A DNA stretch of 64,000 nt from Takakia lepidozioides (GCA_030704615.1 CM060731.1:57722001-57786000); one strand, 5' to 3'; counted from the stretch's first letter, positions 1 to 12,468 are shown. Program-made: numbers and translations. The notes: generated by a model not told the origin, from the sequence alone.

Positions 1-352
1 GATGGGAAAACCTGCAACGGGAGGACCGCCTATGTCCAGCTTGCACATGGCACAACTGGGAAATTGAAACTGAAGAACACTTTTTCTATTGCCCTCTATA
101 GAGATTCCACTGTCTATTCCGCGGCACTCAATCTCTCACTGAAGTTTTGCATATGAGGATCAGATTCAATGCTTGGCAGCTTACCTGCACGAGGCCTTCA
201 CCCTTACACAATCCCTCCAGCACTACTTTTATTTTTGGCTCTGATTTTGTTTCCTCTCTCGAACATAAAGCACCATTTCATTTCGCTTCTCATGTTTTTT
301 TCCATTTTGTCCCATAAGCTTTATGAGCTTTCCGCGGATGTTATAAAGTACC
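1..352 (+). mobile_element. 3' fragment of a non-LTR retrotransposon (LINE), family copy 1
   Basis: Nucleotide match to the copies at 7896-8760 and 19967-20290: decayed 'EIETEEHF..CPLY..RFHCLFRGTQSL' C-terminus and the shared 3'UTR 'tccattttgtcccataagct...gttataaagtacca'. Runs off the left edge. Confidence 0.8.
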
Positions 353-600
353 ATATCGTTTCTACTTCTATTATTATTTCTTCTTTATAAAGTATGATTT
401 CATTTCTATGTACTACTTCTTTCTCTACTCTAAAACCCAGCGACTAGATCCAGAGGATTATATATAGAGGGACATTCTCTAAAGGAACAGCAAGTAAGTA
501 AAACTCTTTTTTCTCTGCCTCTCAAAGTGGAACGTACAGCTCATTTCAAATACTGGTTTTTGAAAGACAGCCTGTTTGAGACTAATAGAGTGCATGTCAC

Positions 601-1402
601 CTGAAGTTCCCTCTGTCGTCAACAGATGTCACTAGCAATCCACCGATAACCCCTGCAATGTCGTGGCTTCCAAATGTCACGATTTTCTCATGGAATGACA
701 TCCATCTTTTTCTCTGATGTGTGATCATTACGCTTCTGGCAATATCATATCCTATGACAACGGGATTTGCATCATAAAACACACACAAGAAAAACTGAAT
801 CTTAGAAAACAGTGTTGCAGCGATCTCTAACCAAAGGACAGTTATTTCGATATTGGAGGAGGAAACTGCACCAAGGAGGAGGGCAGCCCCAGCCTCATGG
901 ACGATCATGATTTTTTTTCTCGCAATACATGCCCTATGACAAAGGTGCAACCCAACGTGATGATTTGGAGCAGTATAGAGAAACTGGCTACATCTTGCTC
1001 CACACTTGAAGCCTCCGGTGCATCCGAAAGCGGTCCATACGAAAGAGGTGCATTCGAAACTCCATTTTTCCCCGACTTTGTCTCCTCTTTCTCTCCTACT
1101 GCTGCATTTCACAGTCATTTAACCGCAGCAAAGCCTTACACCCATAATGGCAACCAGCCCCTGCACCCCAAGCTGGATCCATGACCAACAAACAAACAAG
1201 AAGCAAATTGCAGCAATTGGGGGTGCCCCTCCCTTGTTGCTTTGGGTTAGAGGGCAACCACCTTTCATTTGTCCCAAGATTTGGACACGTCTCAAGTCCC
1301 AACGTACTTACCTGTCATCTTGTCCCTAGAGGTAACCCTTCTTAACAATGGGTACAGGCCCACTAGAATAGTGGGTCCCCCGTCCACATCGACTATGACC
1401 AT
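601..1402 (-). CDS. 5' exons of an NHX5/NHX6-type (CPA1) Na+(K+)/H+ exchanger; partial, with an apparent 1-bp frameshift
   Basis: Exons 1402-1312 (donor GTAAGT), 1101-872 and 652-601 splice to '...VASFSILLQIITLGCTFVIGHVLREKK/IMIVHEAGAALLLGVIGGLLVTSVDDRGNFR'. This resembles the NHX5/6 N-terminus ([36 protein letters not shown]). The frame shifts in the T8 run at 911-918. First exon is tentative. Confidence 0.7.
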
Positions 1403-2769
1403 TCATGTATCGGAACAATCTTCTTCTCCAGTGGATTGGAATTGTGGGCTGCTGTTTTGAAGTGATGCTTGTGGAGCATTGGGTTTTCTACATGAGGTGG
1501 TGGCTAGAGCTATCACTGCCCAGAAGCTGCACACGGTGGTTTTCACAGAGAATCCCAAGATCTCTAGATTGCAAACTTAACCGCTCGAAGAAGGTCCTTG
1601 GGTTTGGGAGTAAGAAACCCCCATGGGCGGTAGCAGAGGTGGTCACCATCCCACATGGTCGATGGGTATCAGAATTTGGATCCAATTCTCTCGTACAAAT
1701 ACGAGCTACATGGAAATCTCAAGACGGGAGTCGACATTCTGGGGGGATGGCAGATTTTGGTCGAGGGCAGAAGCTGGTGAAACAGAGGCTTTGGAGGACC
1801 GTGAGTATCATCCACAATGGGCGATTATGAGCTCCTTGCCTATCTTCTGCAAAGTTTGTACTTTCCGGTATAATAGTATATGTGATTTGTGTCCATGAGG
1901 CAGAGAAAGAGCTCAGGGCAACTTGCAGCAATGTTATCCAAAGCTACAGTAGTAGTCTTCAATAAGGACTGAGAAATTCTCGCACGTAGGTCAAGCAATC
2001 AACGTAGAGGAGCTCGGGCAGGAGTTCCTCTCAGATCCTTCAGACTGGCGGGACAACAGATTTGAGAAGGTGAGACTTCCTGCATATAGGGTTTGTCGAG
2101 GAAGGCATGCGACTGAAGCTGATGTTGTGGAGGATTAAATCTCCATGTTCCAAGATTAATGACTCTCATCGTCGTGAAAAGGCAGCGAGAGCGAAATTCC
2201 TGTGCTGATAGTAGGTTTTTTCCCCCATGAGAAGAGGAATGTTCGAGAACTTTTATTTGAATATTCTTGGAGCCTTGGTGGTTCTAGCCTTGTCTATGTG
2301 AAGCTATGCTTCAATATGGCTGCGCAGCTGCTTACTTGTACAGAACAGTCCAAGATCACCAGCATTCAGACATAAGCGCGAGGTCCTTTGGATTGACAGT
2401 TTGCCGAACCCAGCTTGGGTGAAACCCAAGTTAGCTTCATTGATACGAGGTCAAACTCCGTTGAGGGATCGTTCTAACGTCGATGTACACGACGTTTCTC
2501 CAGACCATGAATACAACGGTATTGTTTTGATCATGAATTCAGGATTCTAACTCGGACCAAATAGTTTGGGAATAGTGTAGATTACAGTAGTTTAGTAACC
2601 CTATGTATCAAGAAGCCTTACCCCATAGAGGGATCTTTCTTTGGAAGTATGTTTGGGCTTCCAGACATTTGTTAAGTCTTGAATGTAAAGGTCATAACTA
2701 AAAATATTGGGACATGCAGGATGGCAGGGTTGAATCAGGCACACTTGTTTGTTGGACATCAGATTGGCA

Positions 2770-3599
2770 GTAGGGGTGGCACCCCCACTCTCACCCCTAG
2801 GGACATCCGAGAAACATTCAGCCCTCTCAATTGCCTCGTTCAAAGTCTTGGGTGGCTTCTCCTCCAACTTCCGCCTGGCCCATGGGGCCAGTCCCGCCAC
2901 AAAGTTGAAGACCATTTCTGGTTCTGCCATGTCCGCGACTTCGAGCAACAGCACATTGAAAGCCTGGACATACCCCCGAATGTCATCTGTTTGCTTCAAA
3001 TTCCTCATCTTGTCCCGGGCAAGCCAGGACGCATTGAGGGGCACAAACTGTCTCTTCATCAATTCCTTGAACCCACTCCAGTTCAAGGTTTCCGGGCTTG
3101 GGCCTCGGTCGTGAAGGCGTTTCTGCCACCATTGTTGAGCATAGCCCCTCAAATAGGTGGGAGCCACTTCCACCCGATCCTCGTCACTCAACTTGGCCGC
3201 CCGGAAGTACTGCTCTAGCTCCAGGAGCCAGGTGTTGAGTGCCTTCCGATTTCGGACGCCCTCGAAGGTGCCGGGTTCCTTAGGCTTCACCTTAAACTTT
3301 GCCTTAGTGGAAGTGGCATTAGCCGCCTTCAACATGTCTTTCAACGTCCCGCCAAACTGCGCCAACAACCCTTCCCAAAAGGCTGCCGGCATGGGAGGCA
3401 TCTGTTGGTCGGTCGGAGCTCTCACAGATTCCTCGGGCTCCGACTCCTCGGATTCCTCCCGCTCTTGAGCGACCTCGTTTTTGGAAACATGCATCGCTTC
3501 CTCAAACGGCCGCCTCGGTGACACGTCGCCCCCGTTAGGCTCACCAGGATCATCATCTTTTGGGCCGTTCCGCTTTCGCTTCGGCTTGCCCGACCCCAT
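2770..3599 (-). mobile_element. Ty3/Gypsy gag (retrotransposon gag domain), 3'-truncated, no pol
   Basis: ORF 2601..3653 contains KPKEPGTFEGVRNRKALNTWLLELEQYF, YLRGYAQQWW, LKQTDDIRGYVQAF, FVAGL and PKTLNEAIERAE. It follows a PBS and an LTR. Gag similarity stops near 2780. Confidence 0.9.
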
Positions 3600-3640
3600 G
3601 ATGAGGCCAATCCCAAGGACGATCGCGTACTGAACTCTAG

Positions 3641-3652
3641 GCTCTGATACCA
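3641..3652 (-). promoter_or_regulatory. Primer-binding site complementary to initiator tRNA-Met
   Basis: Minus strand reads TGGTATCAGAGC, 2 nt after the LTR end (...GACA). Confidence 0.9.
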
Positions 3653-3654
3653 AG

Positions 3655-4384
3655 TGTCGCGCACCTCACTTCGGTAAGCTGCCCCTCAAGTCATAGTTAC
3701 TCGCTTTGATGCGCGCGCCTGACTCCCAACCTGGCCGCCGGGCCAACTTGGAGCTTCGGCTGCTCACCGGGGCATAACGGTCCCCCTTTGTTCTCCCAAA
3801 GAACCCTCCACCGATTTGGAACCAGTGGGAATTCCCTTTGGTAGTTGGCAGTCCGGAACAGCTCCCCACTCTTTGGTCGCTTTCCGGCTCGCTCGCTTAC
3901 TCACTAGTTTTTGGTCACCAACGGGCTTGCACCGTTCTCGGGGTCACTACTCCCCTTATATATACTTCTGTAGCTGTCCACGGGGGTTTCACAACCAGCC
4001 ATGCCATTTTATGGCGAACCACCACGAAGACCCTCGATTCCCGGTGGTGAGTCGCGGTGAGTCTTGGCCCACTCACCGCGGCCCCGATGGACCGTGATGA
4101 GTCCCAAGACTCCCCACGACTCCCACCTCGAGGTCTCCACCCTATGGTGAGTCCTATGCCACCCCCACTAAGTCCCGCTAAGCTACCACCACCCTTTGTG
4201 GAGCCACCCCCACCGCAACCCGGTGTGGGGGGCTCCACCTAGTGAGCGCCTCCGCCTCCTTGAGTGCCTTGGGCACTCAAGGGTGCTTCAGCCCCCGTAC
4301 CTATCGCTGCTACTGCCCCCACCACAGGGGCAGCCCCTCTTGTGTCCCGACCCCCCCCTGCCCTCAAGGCAAAGGGCCGCGACA
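3655..4384 (-). mobile_element. 5' LTR (730 bp) of the Gypsy element
   Basis: Perfect 7-bp terminal inverted repeat TGTCGCG...CGCGACA, adjacent PBS, and TATATAAGGGG on the minus strand near 3952-3962. Confidence 0.85.
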
Positions 4385-6463
4385 GGTCTCCCTCCCTCTT
4401 TGCTGAAAATGAAAAAATCCAAGACTGCCAAGCAAGGGCAGTCATGGTACAGGATGCCTGAGTCCAAGGAGGTGGCTGCTGTGTTTGTGGTGGGACAAGA
4501 AGGGTGTATTTTTACTGTCATCTGCAGTTAGGCCAGCTTGCAGCCCTTCCTCTCCTGTGACTGTACGCCGTTTTGTGGGAAACCAGAGAGCGTCTGTGCC
4601 ATCCGTGCCTGCACATGTGCAATACCAAATGTACATGTGAAGGGTGGATGTGCAGGACCAGCTTAGGGGTGCGTACAACTTGCAGCTGCGCACAAAGAAG
4701 TGGTCGCATCGTTTTTTTTTCTTTTTTCTTATGGATACCACGCTAGTGAATGCGTATATCTTGCATTCTGCAATGGAGAAAAGAAGGGGGCGTCGAGCCA
4801 TGACCCATCTGCAATTCAATCTGGCTGTGGCATATGGTTTGACAGGGGGTTGCTGCACTGACAACATTGACAGCATTGACACCACGGGGGATTCAGAATG
4901 CACGTTTGTGCATTAGTGCCTTCACACCACACGGCGGCGAGTGTGTGTCATGTGCCATGTTCGTACTCACCATTACTGCCCTGGCTGCGATGGCAACCAC
5001 TTGTGCCTTATGCGGTGTTGGAATGAGGCACACCGGCATGCCTTGAGGTGACTGAATTCTGGCTTGCTGCACTGTCTTTTTTCTTTGTGCGTGCATGTTT
5101 GTGTGGGTGGGGGTTCACCAGGGTGTGGGACTGCATGCAGGTATGCTAGAGGCTGTGGATGGCGTGTGTGCGTGAGGTGTGGGGTGTGGGTATTTCTGAT
5201 CCGTGGTGGGTATGGGTTCTTCTCAGGTTGGGGGGTTATGTGTGTCCATGCTGGTTGATGGGCAGTGGGGGTCATTGGGGGCTGGTGGTGACGGTTCAAT
5301 GGCAGTGGAGGGGTGTGGGGGTCATGCTGCTGCTGGTTGATGGGTAGTTTTGGGAGTGGGGGGGTCATGGGGGTCTGCTGCTTGCTCATTGTGGGTTGTT
5401 TTGGTGATGGGGGAAGGGCTGGTGATGGTTCACAGGCTGTGGGGGTGATGGGGATCTGGTGCTGCTGGTTGAGGGACTGTGGAGGTGATGGGGGTCCTTC
5501 AGTGTTGGCGTGTGTGCGTTGTGTTTGGGTGGTTTCACAGTTTTTTTGGGGGGGGGGGGAACTGTCTGCACACTGGGTAGATCGGGGGGTTCAACTCCCC
5601 CCCAGTTCGTGGATCATGTCTTCGGGGTGGTGTGTGGTTTGGATTCGCTGCATTCAAAGGAAAAGCAGGAGCTCACGGGGAGCTTGAACACAGATGGGCC
5701 ACATTCGTGACGGTTGGTAGTTGTTAGTTTTTCAGTTGCCTGTCGGGTGGAATGCCGAAACGTCGGGCGTTCCCGGGCCCTTTTTTGGGTGTGGATTTTG
5801 GGGTCCCCCGAGTTTTTTGTGTCAATCGGTGATGTAGCCCCTTTTTGTAGCCAGAATTGTCTACCGGCTCAGGCATTACATGGCCTGAGAACTGGGATTC
5901 ACGTAGAAATACACCTACTTAGAAATCTCTGCCTGCATTTTGGTTAGAATTCAGAAATTCTTTTTGGAGGTAGTAGGAAATCATAGGAGGAACAATTCCA
6001 CCGTTGGAATTCTGGTTCCAATGAAAATTTCGACACCTATGGCTGAATTACAGGTCAATTGAAGCAAATAGTGCTTTTTGACCCCCCTGTTTTCCATACA
6101 AAGGAACCCTATGCAGATTTTGGAGTTATGCTTTGCAAATTTGGGGCAAGTTGCTTTAGGTGCCTCAGAATTGGAATGTGGTTGGGGTCTTGCAAGGAAA
6201 AAATATTTTTTTGGTCCAACTGCCTAGTCAAACCAATTTTTCCCTCTAAAATTGGAATACACTACAGATTTAGAGCTTACCATTTTGTTTTTGTTATAAT
6301 CTTCCTAATGACAGGGTGAAGTGGGCTGAAAGTTTTACAGCAGGTGCATGAGGTAGGTAGCGTCCCTTTCATACGGTTCATCCGTGTGGATGTTTCTTAG
6401 CTGGGAGGATGGTATGTGCTGTTTTGGAGTGGGCCCACCAAAAACAGCCTCGTCCATTATGGG
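4385..6463 (+). mobile_element. Decayed piggyBac-superfamily DNA transposon, right half
   Basis: Frameshifted, stop-containing transposase C-terminal half at 4385-5051: WWDKKGVFLLSS, YQMYM*RVDVQDQLRGAY, KKWSHRFFFFFLMDTTLVNAYIL, and a Cys-rich tail CVMC..HYCPGC..LCLMRC. Candidate terminus ...ATGGG followed by TTAA at 6461-6467. Confidence 0.8.
5100..5560 (+). repeat. G/T-rich imperfect tandem repeats in the piggyBac subterminal region
   Basis: Recurrent units such as 'gggggtcatg' and 'gctgctggttgatggg'; very A-poor composition. Confidence 0.55.
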
Positions 6464-6622
6464 TTAACGTCCAGTGAATTTGCACTGGAACGAAGAAGAA
6501 TCTGGAAAGAAGAAAGAGGAAAGTTTGGGGAGTTTATGAAGATGCGTTGGTGATGATGGTAGGCTGAGGAACTGGCCTTCTCTGACAACTAAGATGAAAA
6601 TCAGAAGGAGGTGTCTTGAAGG

Positions 6623-9129
6623 ATGTCAGTAGTTATGGCCGCTCCCTCTTTGAGTGATGCAGGGCCTGCTTCCAACGATCCAGTGTGAGTTGGTGTCTTT
6701 ATCTGCAGTCTGATTACCGTCTGAGGATGAGTAGTGTGAAGAGTATTCAGAGGACGGTGATCTGCCAACTTGCAGCAGAAGCATAGTGTTGGTTTTAATT
6801 TTTCTCGAATTACAGCTCGTGTCACACATTTAGGTCTAGATATGTCTTGTGAAGGATGTTTTGATGTGAATCACTTTTTCAATAGAGTACATGATCTCAT
6901 TCTCCCAATCTGCCATGGGACTTGTTGTGGATTGACATAGGGGGAAGGAAACACTGAAGGAGACAGATGGTGGGCGGCAGCGCTTTTTGCTGGAGCTGGA
7001 GTTCGTGCAATTACTAGCCAACCCTACCTACATTCACTGTACTTTCTCTTCCCCATTTTCATCTATGTTTACGAGAAGGTAACAATGCTGGAGTCATCGT
7101 CGTTCTATCATAGAGATATGTGGATTTAGTCGACAGTCAATCAACTTTGAGATCGTTGCTTGTTGTGGGCGCTCACAACGGAATGAATTTCTTGCCCTGG
7201 TGGGACAACGCCAATGGCCGCTAGATGGAGTTAGTATATACAAGCAACGGTAGCACAAACTGTCAACGAGTTGATCTCTCGCCCTTCCTTCTGCGGTGAG
7301 AAGTTCTGAACTTGTATATCGACGGATTGTTATTGCATGTGTGAACCTCTCCTTTTCTTTAATTGTTTTGAGCACACTGCTCATGGCTTGGAAATAATTT
7401 GGCAGATTTGGCTCAAAATCGGTACTTCGATGATGAAGCTTTCGTAGGCTACCTCAAGTATCTCCAATATTGGCTGCAGCCTGCATACGCCAAGTTCATA
7501 GTGTAATTGTACCCCCCCCACCCCACCATATCTATCTCTGTCTCTCCCTCTCAACCCCCTTCCCACATTTTTCGAAGAATGTATGTGACTGTCTTTGTCA
7601 GCTCAAAACTTCCAGGTGTCATGTCCTTAAACAAAGTTAATGGGTTCAAATCTTTGTTTCCACAGATACCCACATGCGTTTTTCTTTCTAGATCTTCTTC
7701 AAAGTCCACATTTTCGCAGCGCAATGGCCCATCCAGCGAATAAGGTACATTTTTGTGGGTATCTCTCATTGTGAGAGAGAAGTATCTGGCAGGCTTTACT
7801 TGTGTTCTGCTTGTTGCCAATAGTCCTTTACTACCGTCATACATCAGCGACCCACACAAGTCTTGCTTAGCTCTGGATTGGGAGGCGAGTGAGAGAAATG
7901 AAATGAAATGAATTGGTACTTTATAACACCCGCAGAAAGCTCAAAGAGCTTATGGGACAAAATGGAAATAAAACATGAGAGCGGAAACAAAACCAGAGCC
8001 AAAAAACAGCCCAAAAGCAACTACTGCTCAAGGGATTGTCTAAGGGTCAAGGCCTCGTGCAGGTAAGCTGCCAAGCATTTCTGACCCTCATAGTGGAAGA
8101 CTTCAGTGAGAGATTGAGTTCCGCGGAATAGACAGTGGAATCTCTCAGGGATCTCATAATATAGAGGGCAATAAAAGAAGAAGTGTTCTTCAGTCTCAAT
8201 TTCCTGGTTGCGCCCGGTGCAAGCTGGGCATAGGCGGTCCTCCCGTTGCAGGTTTTCCCATCTGCCAGTCTCTGTCCGTAGGTTGTGGGAGCCCACCCTG
8301 AACCGTCCCAATGCCCTCAGGAGGGAAGGAGATAAAGGTGCCGAAAGGTAATTGGGCCGCAATATTCTACTCACCAGGGAGAACCAAGAATGTCTCTCGA
8401 TAGAAATGGAGCTTTGTTGTGAGATTGGGTAGTTTCCAAGTTCTCCTGACATGGAGTTCCATAAGTTCCCTTCTAATGAGTCTGTTGCGATCCTGTTTAG
8501 ATGTGATTTCCACCCCTTCTGGATTCTCTGCAATAGTGAAGCAATCGAGAGTCCATTGCGTTCCAAAAAACTGCACACCAGGAATGCTTGAAACCTGCTG
8601 TTTTGAGCCTAATAGATGTTGTGAGGGCTCTTGCCACGAGCCCCTTGGGTGGAAGGGCTTGTGACCTATTAAGAACATCGAGCACATCGAGCATTCCCTC
8701 GGAAAACTGACTTATCACACTTTTGAGGCCATAGTTTCTGTGGATACTAACCCTGGTTGTGGGGTTCCACTAGGGTATATGTGACTCGTACAGAGACTGC
8801 CATGGCCTGCCTGCCTATAGTATAGTGTATAGTGTATTAAAGCTTCAACTTTCCCTTAAGCATCATCCTATTGCAATGTCACTGAATCAGCTCTTTGAAC
8901 ATGTGGACAGGAGGTTGCTCACAGGCAGCAATTTTACTTCTGGAAACACTATCGAAATAACCGTCTGAAGCATATTCTTCCCCGTCCTCTCCCTGAAGAG
9001 CCTCCGCCTCCGCCACCACCCCCTGTACCTGCCCCTGTTCCTGCTGCACCTGCAGTCACTATTAAGTCTGAGGGTTCCACCCGAGCAGGAGCAGGAGAGC
9101 GAAGGAAACGGAAGTACACAAATAACTAG
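6623..9129 (+). CDS. MED31: Mediator subunit 31 (SOH1 family)
   Basis: Exons 6623(or 6635)-6684, 6941-7038, 7406-7502, 7666-7744, 8911-9129, all GT-AG and in phase. Protein: ...GRQRFLLELEFVQLLANPTYIHYLAQNRYFDDEAFVGYLKYLQYW..YAKFIVYPHAFFFLDLLQSPHFRSAMAHPANKEVAHRQQFYFWKHYRNNRLKHILPRP, then a Pro-rich tail and RRKRK. The exact 3' end is uncertain because of a possible donor in AA|GTAC. Confidence 0.93.
7896..8760 (-). mobile_element. 5'-truncated LINE in MED31 intron 4, family copy 2
   Basis: ORF 8021..8578 is a LINE ORF2 C-terminus (FRVGSHNLRTETGRW..REDRLCPAC..IETEEHFFFYCPLY), followed by a 3'UTR and a (TTTCA)n tail at about 7896-7912. Confidence 0.88.
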
Positions 9130-12063
9130 CTGATGTCCTCCCTGCTCTCTTGATGGGTACAAACTATTGGAACTTTGGTACATCTGGTCTTGACTTCAAG
9201 GACCAACAGCTTCAACAAACTTTTGTCAGAGTGCTTGCGTTTTGGAAAACTTCCTTTCGCGAGTGAGTGAGTGGTTTCGCTGGGTGGCTAGTGGGGATTT
9301 GTCTAGAGAGCCTTGAAGTCCTCTGAATGCTGCAAGCCTGTGTTGGAGAAGGTTTCCTTGCATTGCCAAACTACAAAATTGCAAGACTTGTCTCATTCTT
9401 ATTGTCTAGAGAATGTGAGGATTGTCTTTAGGTTCAAAAACTATTTGATATTGGAGTTGTTCAGAAGGAAAAGTACTTGATCAATCCTCACTTTTGAGTA
9501 GGGCTTCAATCAATGGAGTTTTTGACATGGTTTACACCCACCCGTGAAATCTGAAAGGGCGTAGTAGGCGTGAGGTAAAGTGGCTTAGTTATGTCAGCTT
9601 GAGGCGTCCTCCATAGTATGGACCCCTTGGGACGTGTTGCATCCATTATGGACAAGTAGTGTAGTCTTAGACCCAAAGACAGTATGCAAGCCTTCTTTGA
9701 GAGAGTCTTTTAGAGAGTTGAAGCAACAGAGAGCGTCTTCTCTTCGAATCTCTCTTCTTGTGGTCTAAGAATGAAAATAACGAAGTACAGATCCAATGAG
9801 GTGTTTCACAGGCGGCGAGAATCGTGCGGAGGGTCGTGATTGCCATCGCAGCGCACACCAATGTAGTCTAATAAGGTTGAATGAATCCTTATCCTCCAGG
9901 ACAAATTCCTCCTTGATTTGTCTTTGTCTCATCGAAATTATGGCTGTCCCATACGCAGCTGCCTCAGATCCACATTTCTAAGGAACTCTTTCCTCCCGTA
10001 ATCGACCATACAGGCTTGTCTTGCAACTGCGGCCCAGGAGAACTTCCATATGTACTTTCGCAAGTCCTTAATAAGCTTATCACATGGCACATAGAATACA
10101 AGTTCGACTCCACTACTACGCTCACTTCTCCACTCAGAACCCGTTGAAAAATAGCTAACCCTTCAGATCAATAGTCACGTCAACTGAAGATTGATAGACC
10201 AGTAGTTGGCAGAACTCGGAATTTTCATGATTAGCGCCGATGTGCAGTAACATAATTTGACAGACACATGTGCTCCTCAGCACCCCGGTACGCTCGCCAA
10301 ACAAACTTGAAACTATGTCCCACTTGTACGAAGCCATCTCTGAAGCCAGTTGAAGCTGCTGGAGCCTAGATCGTCGCTCCCGAGGAAAAGTGCTTGCAGT
10401 CACGTTGCGTGCGAAATAGAAAGTGAAGCTTGCGAGAAAATGACGACGTAGAGCGAGAGAACCTAACTGACCTGGATGGATGCACACATCTCAAGCGGAT
10501 GGATGACTTAGGTGTCGTGCCTTGTTTTACCATTCAAGTGCGGCTCATACTGGATGAACTGGATGAACGCCTACTCATCCAGGTGATGCTCATGGTCAAG
10601 ACATGAACGACTGTGCGTCTCTCTGCGGCAGCGATTTGCTAGAGCACGCGTGTGGTTGATGGATGCAATCTGTCCAAAGAGATGTAGATGTATGATGGAT
10701 AGAATCATCCTACTTGAGCCGGATGGACGAAGCTGACGTGTCTGACGCGCCGCTTTAGGTCAAGGTGGAGAGGGTGACGTGTCGCCGCTGTACGCGCAGT
10801 TTGCCGCGTGATAGTGGATGAGGGCTACGAAAACTCGGATGAAAGATCGTTGTCATCCGTTGATTAGGTTACGATATAAACCTTGTGCGTGCAGTCAGCT
10901 GAGAGTGGTGAGCAGAAGAAGAGCGTCGCTGTGGGTGACGGTGTGGTGCTTACTGTCATGCTTCTCACGCTGCTGTCTCACGACAGTGCTTGCCTTGGCA
11001 TGCCAAGCTGGTGGTTTGGATGTTTTGATTGTCTTCGCAGATGTCCTTGTCTGGTTTTTTTCTGTTTTCACTTTGCTTGTTTCCTGTCTGTTTGTTTTCA
11101 TTCCTCGTTGCGTTGTAGTGTCATTTTTCGTCTTCAGCTGTGTCGGATGTCTGGAATGTCGATGGATCCTTCAGATGTTCTTTGTACCATTTTTCCGTAG
11201 CGGGTAAGGCTTGTGCCTTGACACTTTCGTGAATGAGCACAGGATCTGTCGGTGTGTCTCACTGGCATTGTGAAAATTGTACTGATCAGGATAGATTCCT
11301 TTTATGAGGTTTCTTGAAGCATTTTCGCCAATCTCCTTAGCAGATGCTTTCGATGTGCTTCAACGTTCTTCATAATGTTCCGCTTAAATTTGCTCGCGGT
11401 ATGGGAAACTTGGACGTCTTTGTCCTTTTGGGTGGAGCTCAGGACTTTGGTAGAGCATCTCACTCATCTCGCCGCATGTGCTGGTGGATCCCTCTTCCTC
11501 GAAAGTCTTTGTAGACGTTGGGTACGCGGTTTGAGAAGGAAATGTCTCTACTTGTGTACACATTTCCCGATGTCATTCATGAGTCGCATTCTCGTAAGTT
11601 AAACTCAGTAACTCAACTCTTTGAAGGTCGCTGATGGCCTTCGGTTGTTTGTCCTGCTTGTGCCTTTCCTGAAGTACTGTGTACAATATCCGCAATTGTG
11701 GTATTCTCGCCACGCACTGCTACGTACCGTCGTAGTACTGTTACTTATGTGTATCGGTGACAGTGAATGCTCAATCGGTGCATTCGTCTAGCGAGATGGT
11801 ACGTTCAATCGGAACTGTAAACGCTCCCAAGGTTGTTTTGCTCTTAGTTGGTTTGTCCTGTTTGCACGCTCAGCGTTAAGTCTGACCAGCTTGGGCTGTG
11901 CCATTGTGTGTACTTCGCTTGGATGCAATCCCTGTTTGCATTTAACTGGTACCTGCCAACAAGGATGGTGAAATTAAAAGTTTTTAAAGCAGTTACCTCA
12001 TTACATGTTTCACTGTAGTACAGTTTAATGTGATGTCAACCTTGTAGAGTCTCCCTTGGTGAC

Positions 12064-12139
12064 GCTGCAATGATTACTGAACTTCAAGACTTTCAAAGCC
12101 CCTAGTGAGGGCGGTGAAGAGATGAGTATTCTGAGCAGC
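12064..12139 (+). ncRNA. Candidate box C/D snoRNA 1
   Basis: Terminal stem GCTGC/GCAGC, C box ATGATTA (12070-76), C'-like GTGAAGA, D box CTGA (12131-34); 76 nt. Confidence 0.55.
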
Positions 12140-12468
12140 TTCCTCCTTCCCCTTTTTAAGAACAGAGATATTGGAAGTATTTGGAACTTGCTTTATCGAA
12201 AGTTATGTTGTCAATTCTGCAAGTACGAGCTTATGCTGAGTCTATTGGAAAAGCTGCATTCTGAGCGCCACGCGATCAACCTTCTTGAGAGGTCGGTTCT
12301 TTACAGGCAACTAACTAGCACATGAATCTTCCTCGTCTTTGAAACCAAGAGAATCTGGTTGCATGACTCTAGCAAGCTTTCGTTTGCCATGCTTTTGTTT
12401 TAGGGGTTCAGAGGCAATCGACTCCATTTGGGATGAATGTTTGATGGAGAGCATGCTCCCTTGGTAAT

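Noticed and set aside
860-930. HEAGAALL as an FtsH/ycf2 zinc-protease motif (HEAGH)
   Set aside because: The second His is missing, and the flanking sequence fits NHX transmembrane segments much better.
1450-2600. Long frames with scattered TGA/TAG/TAA, suggesting an organellar insert with U-to-C-editable stops
   Set aside because: Stop density is about what random sequence gives, and no protein family is recognisable.
4973-5710. Pro/His-rich and Gly/Val/Cys-rich ORFs
   Set aside because: Artefacts of the low-complexity G/T-rich repeats.
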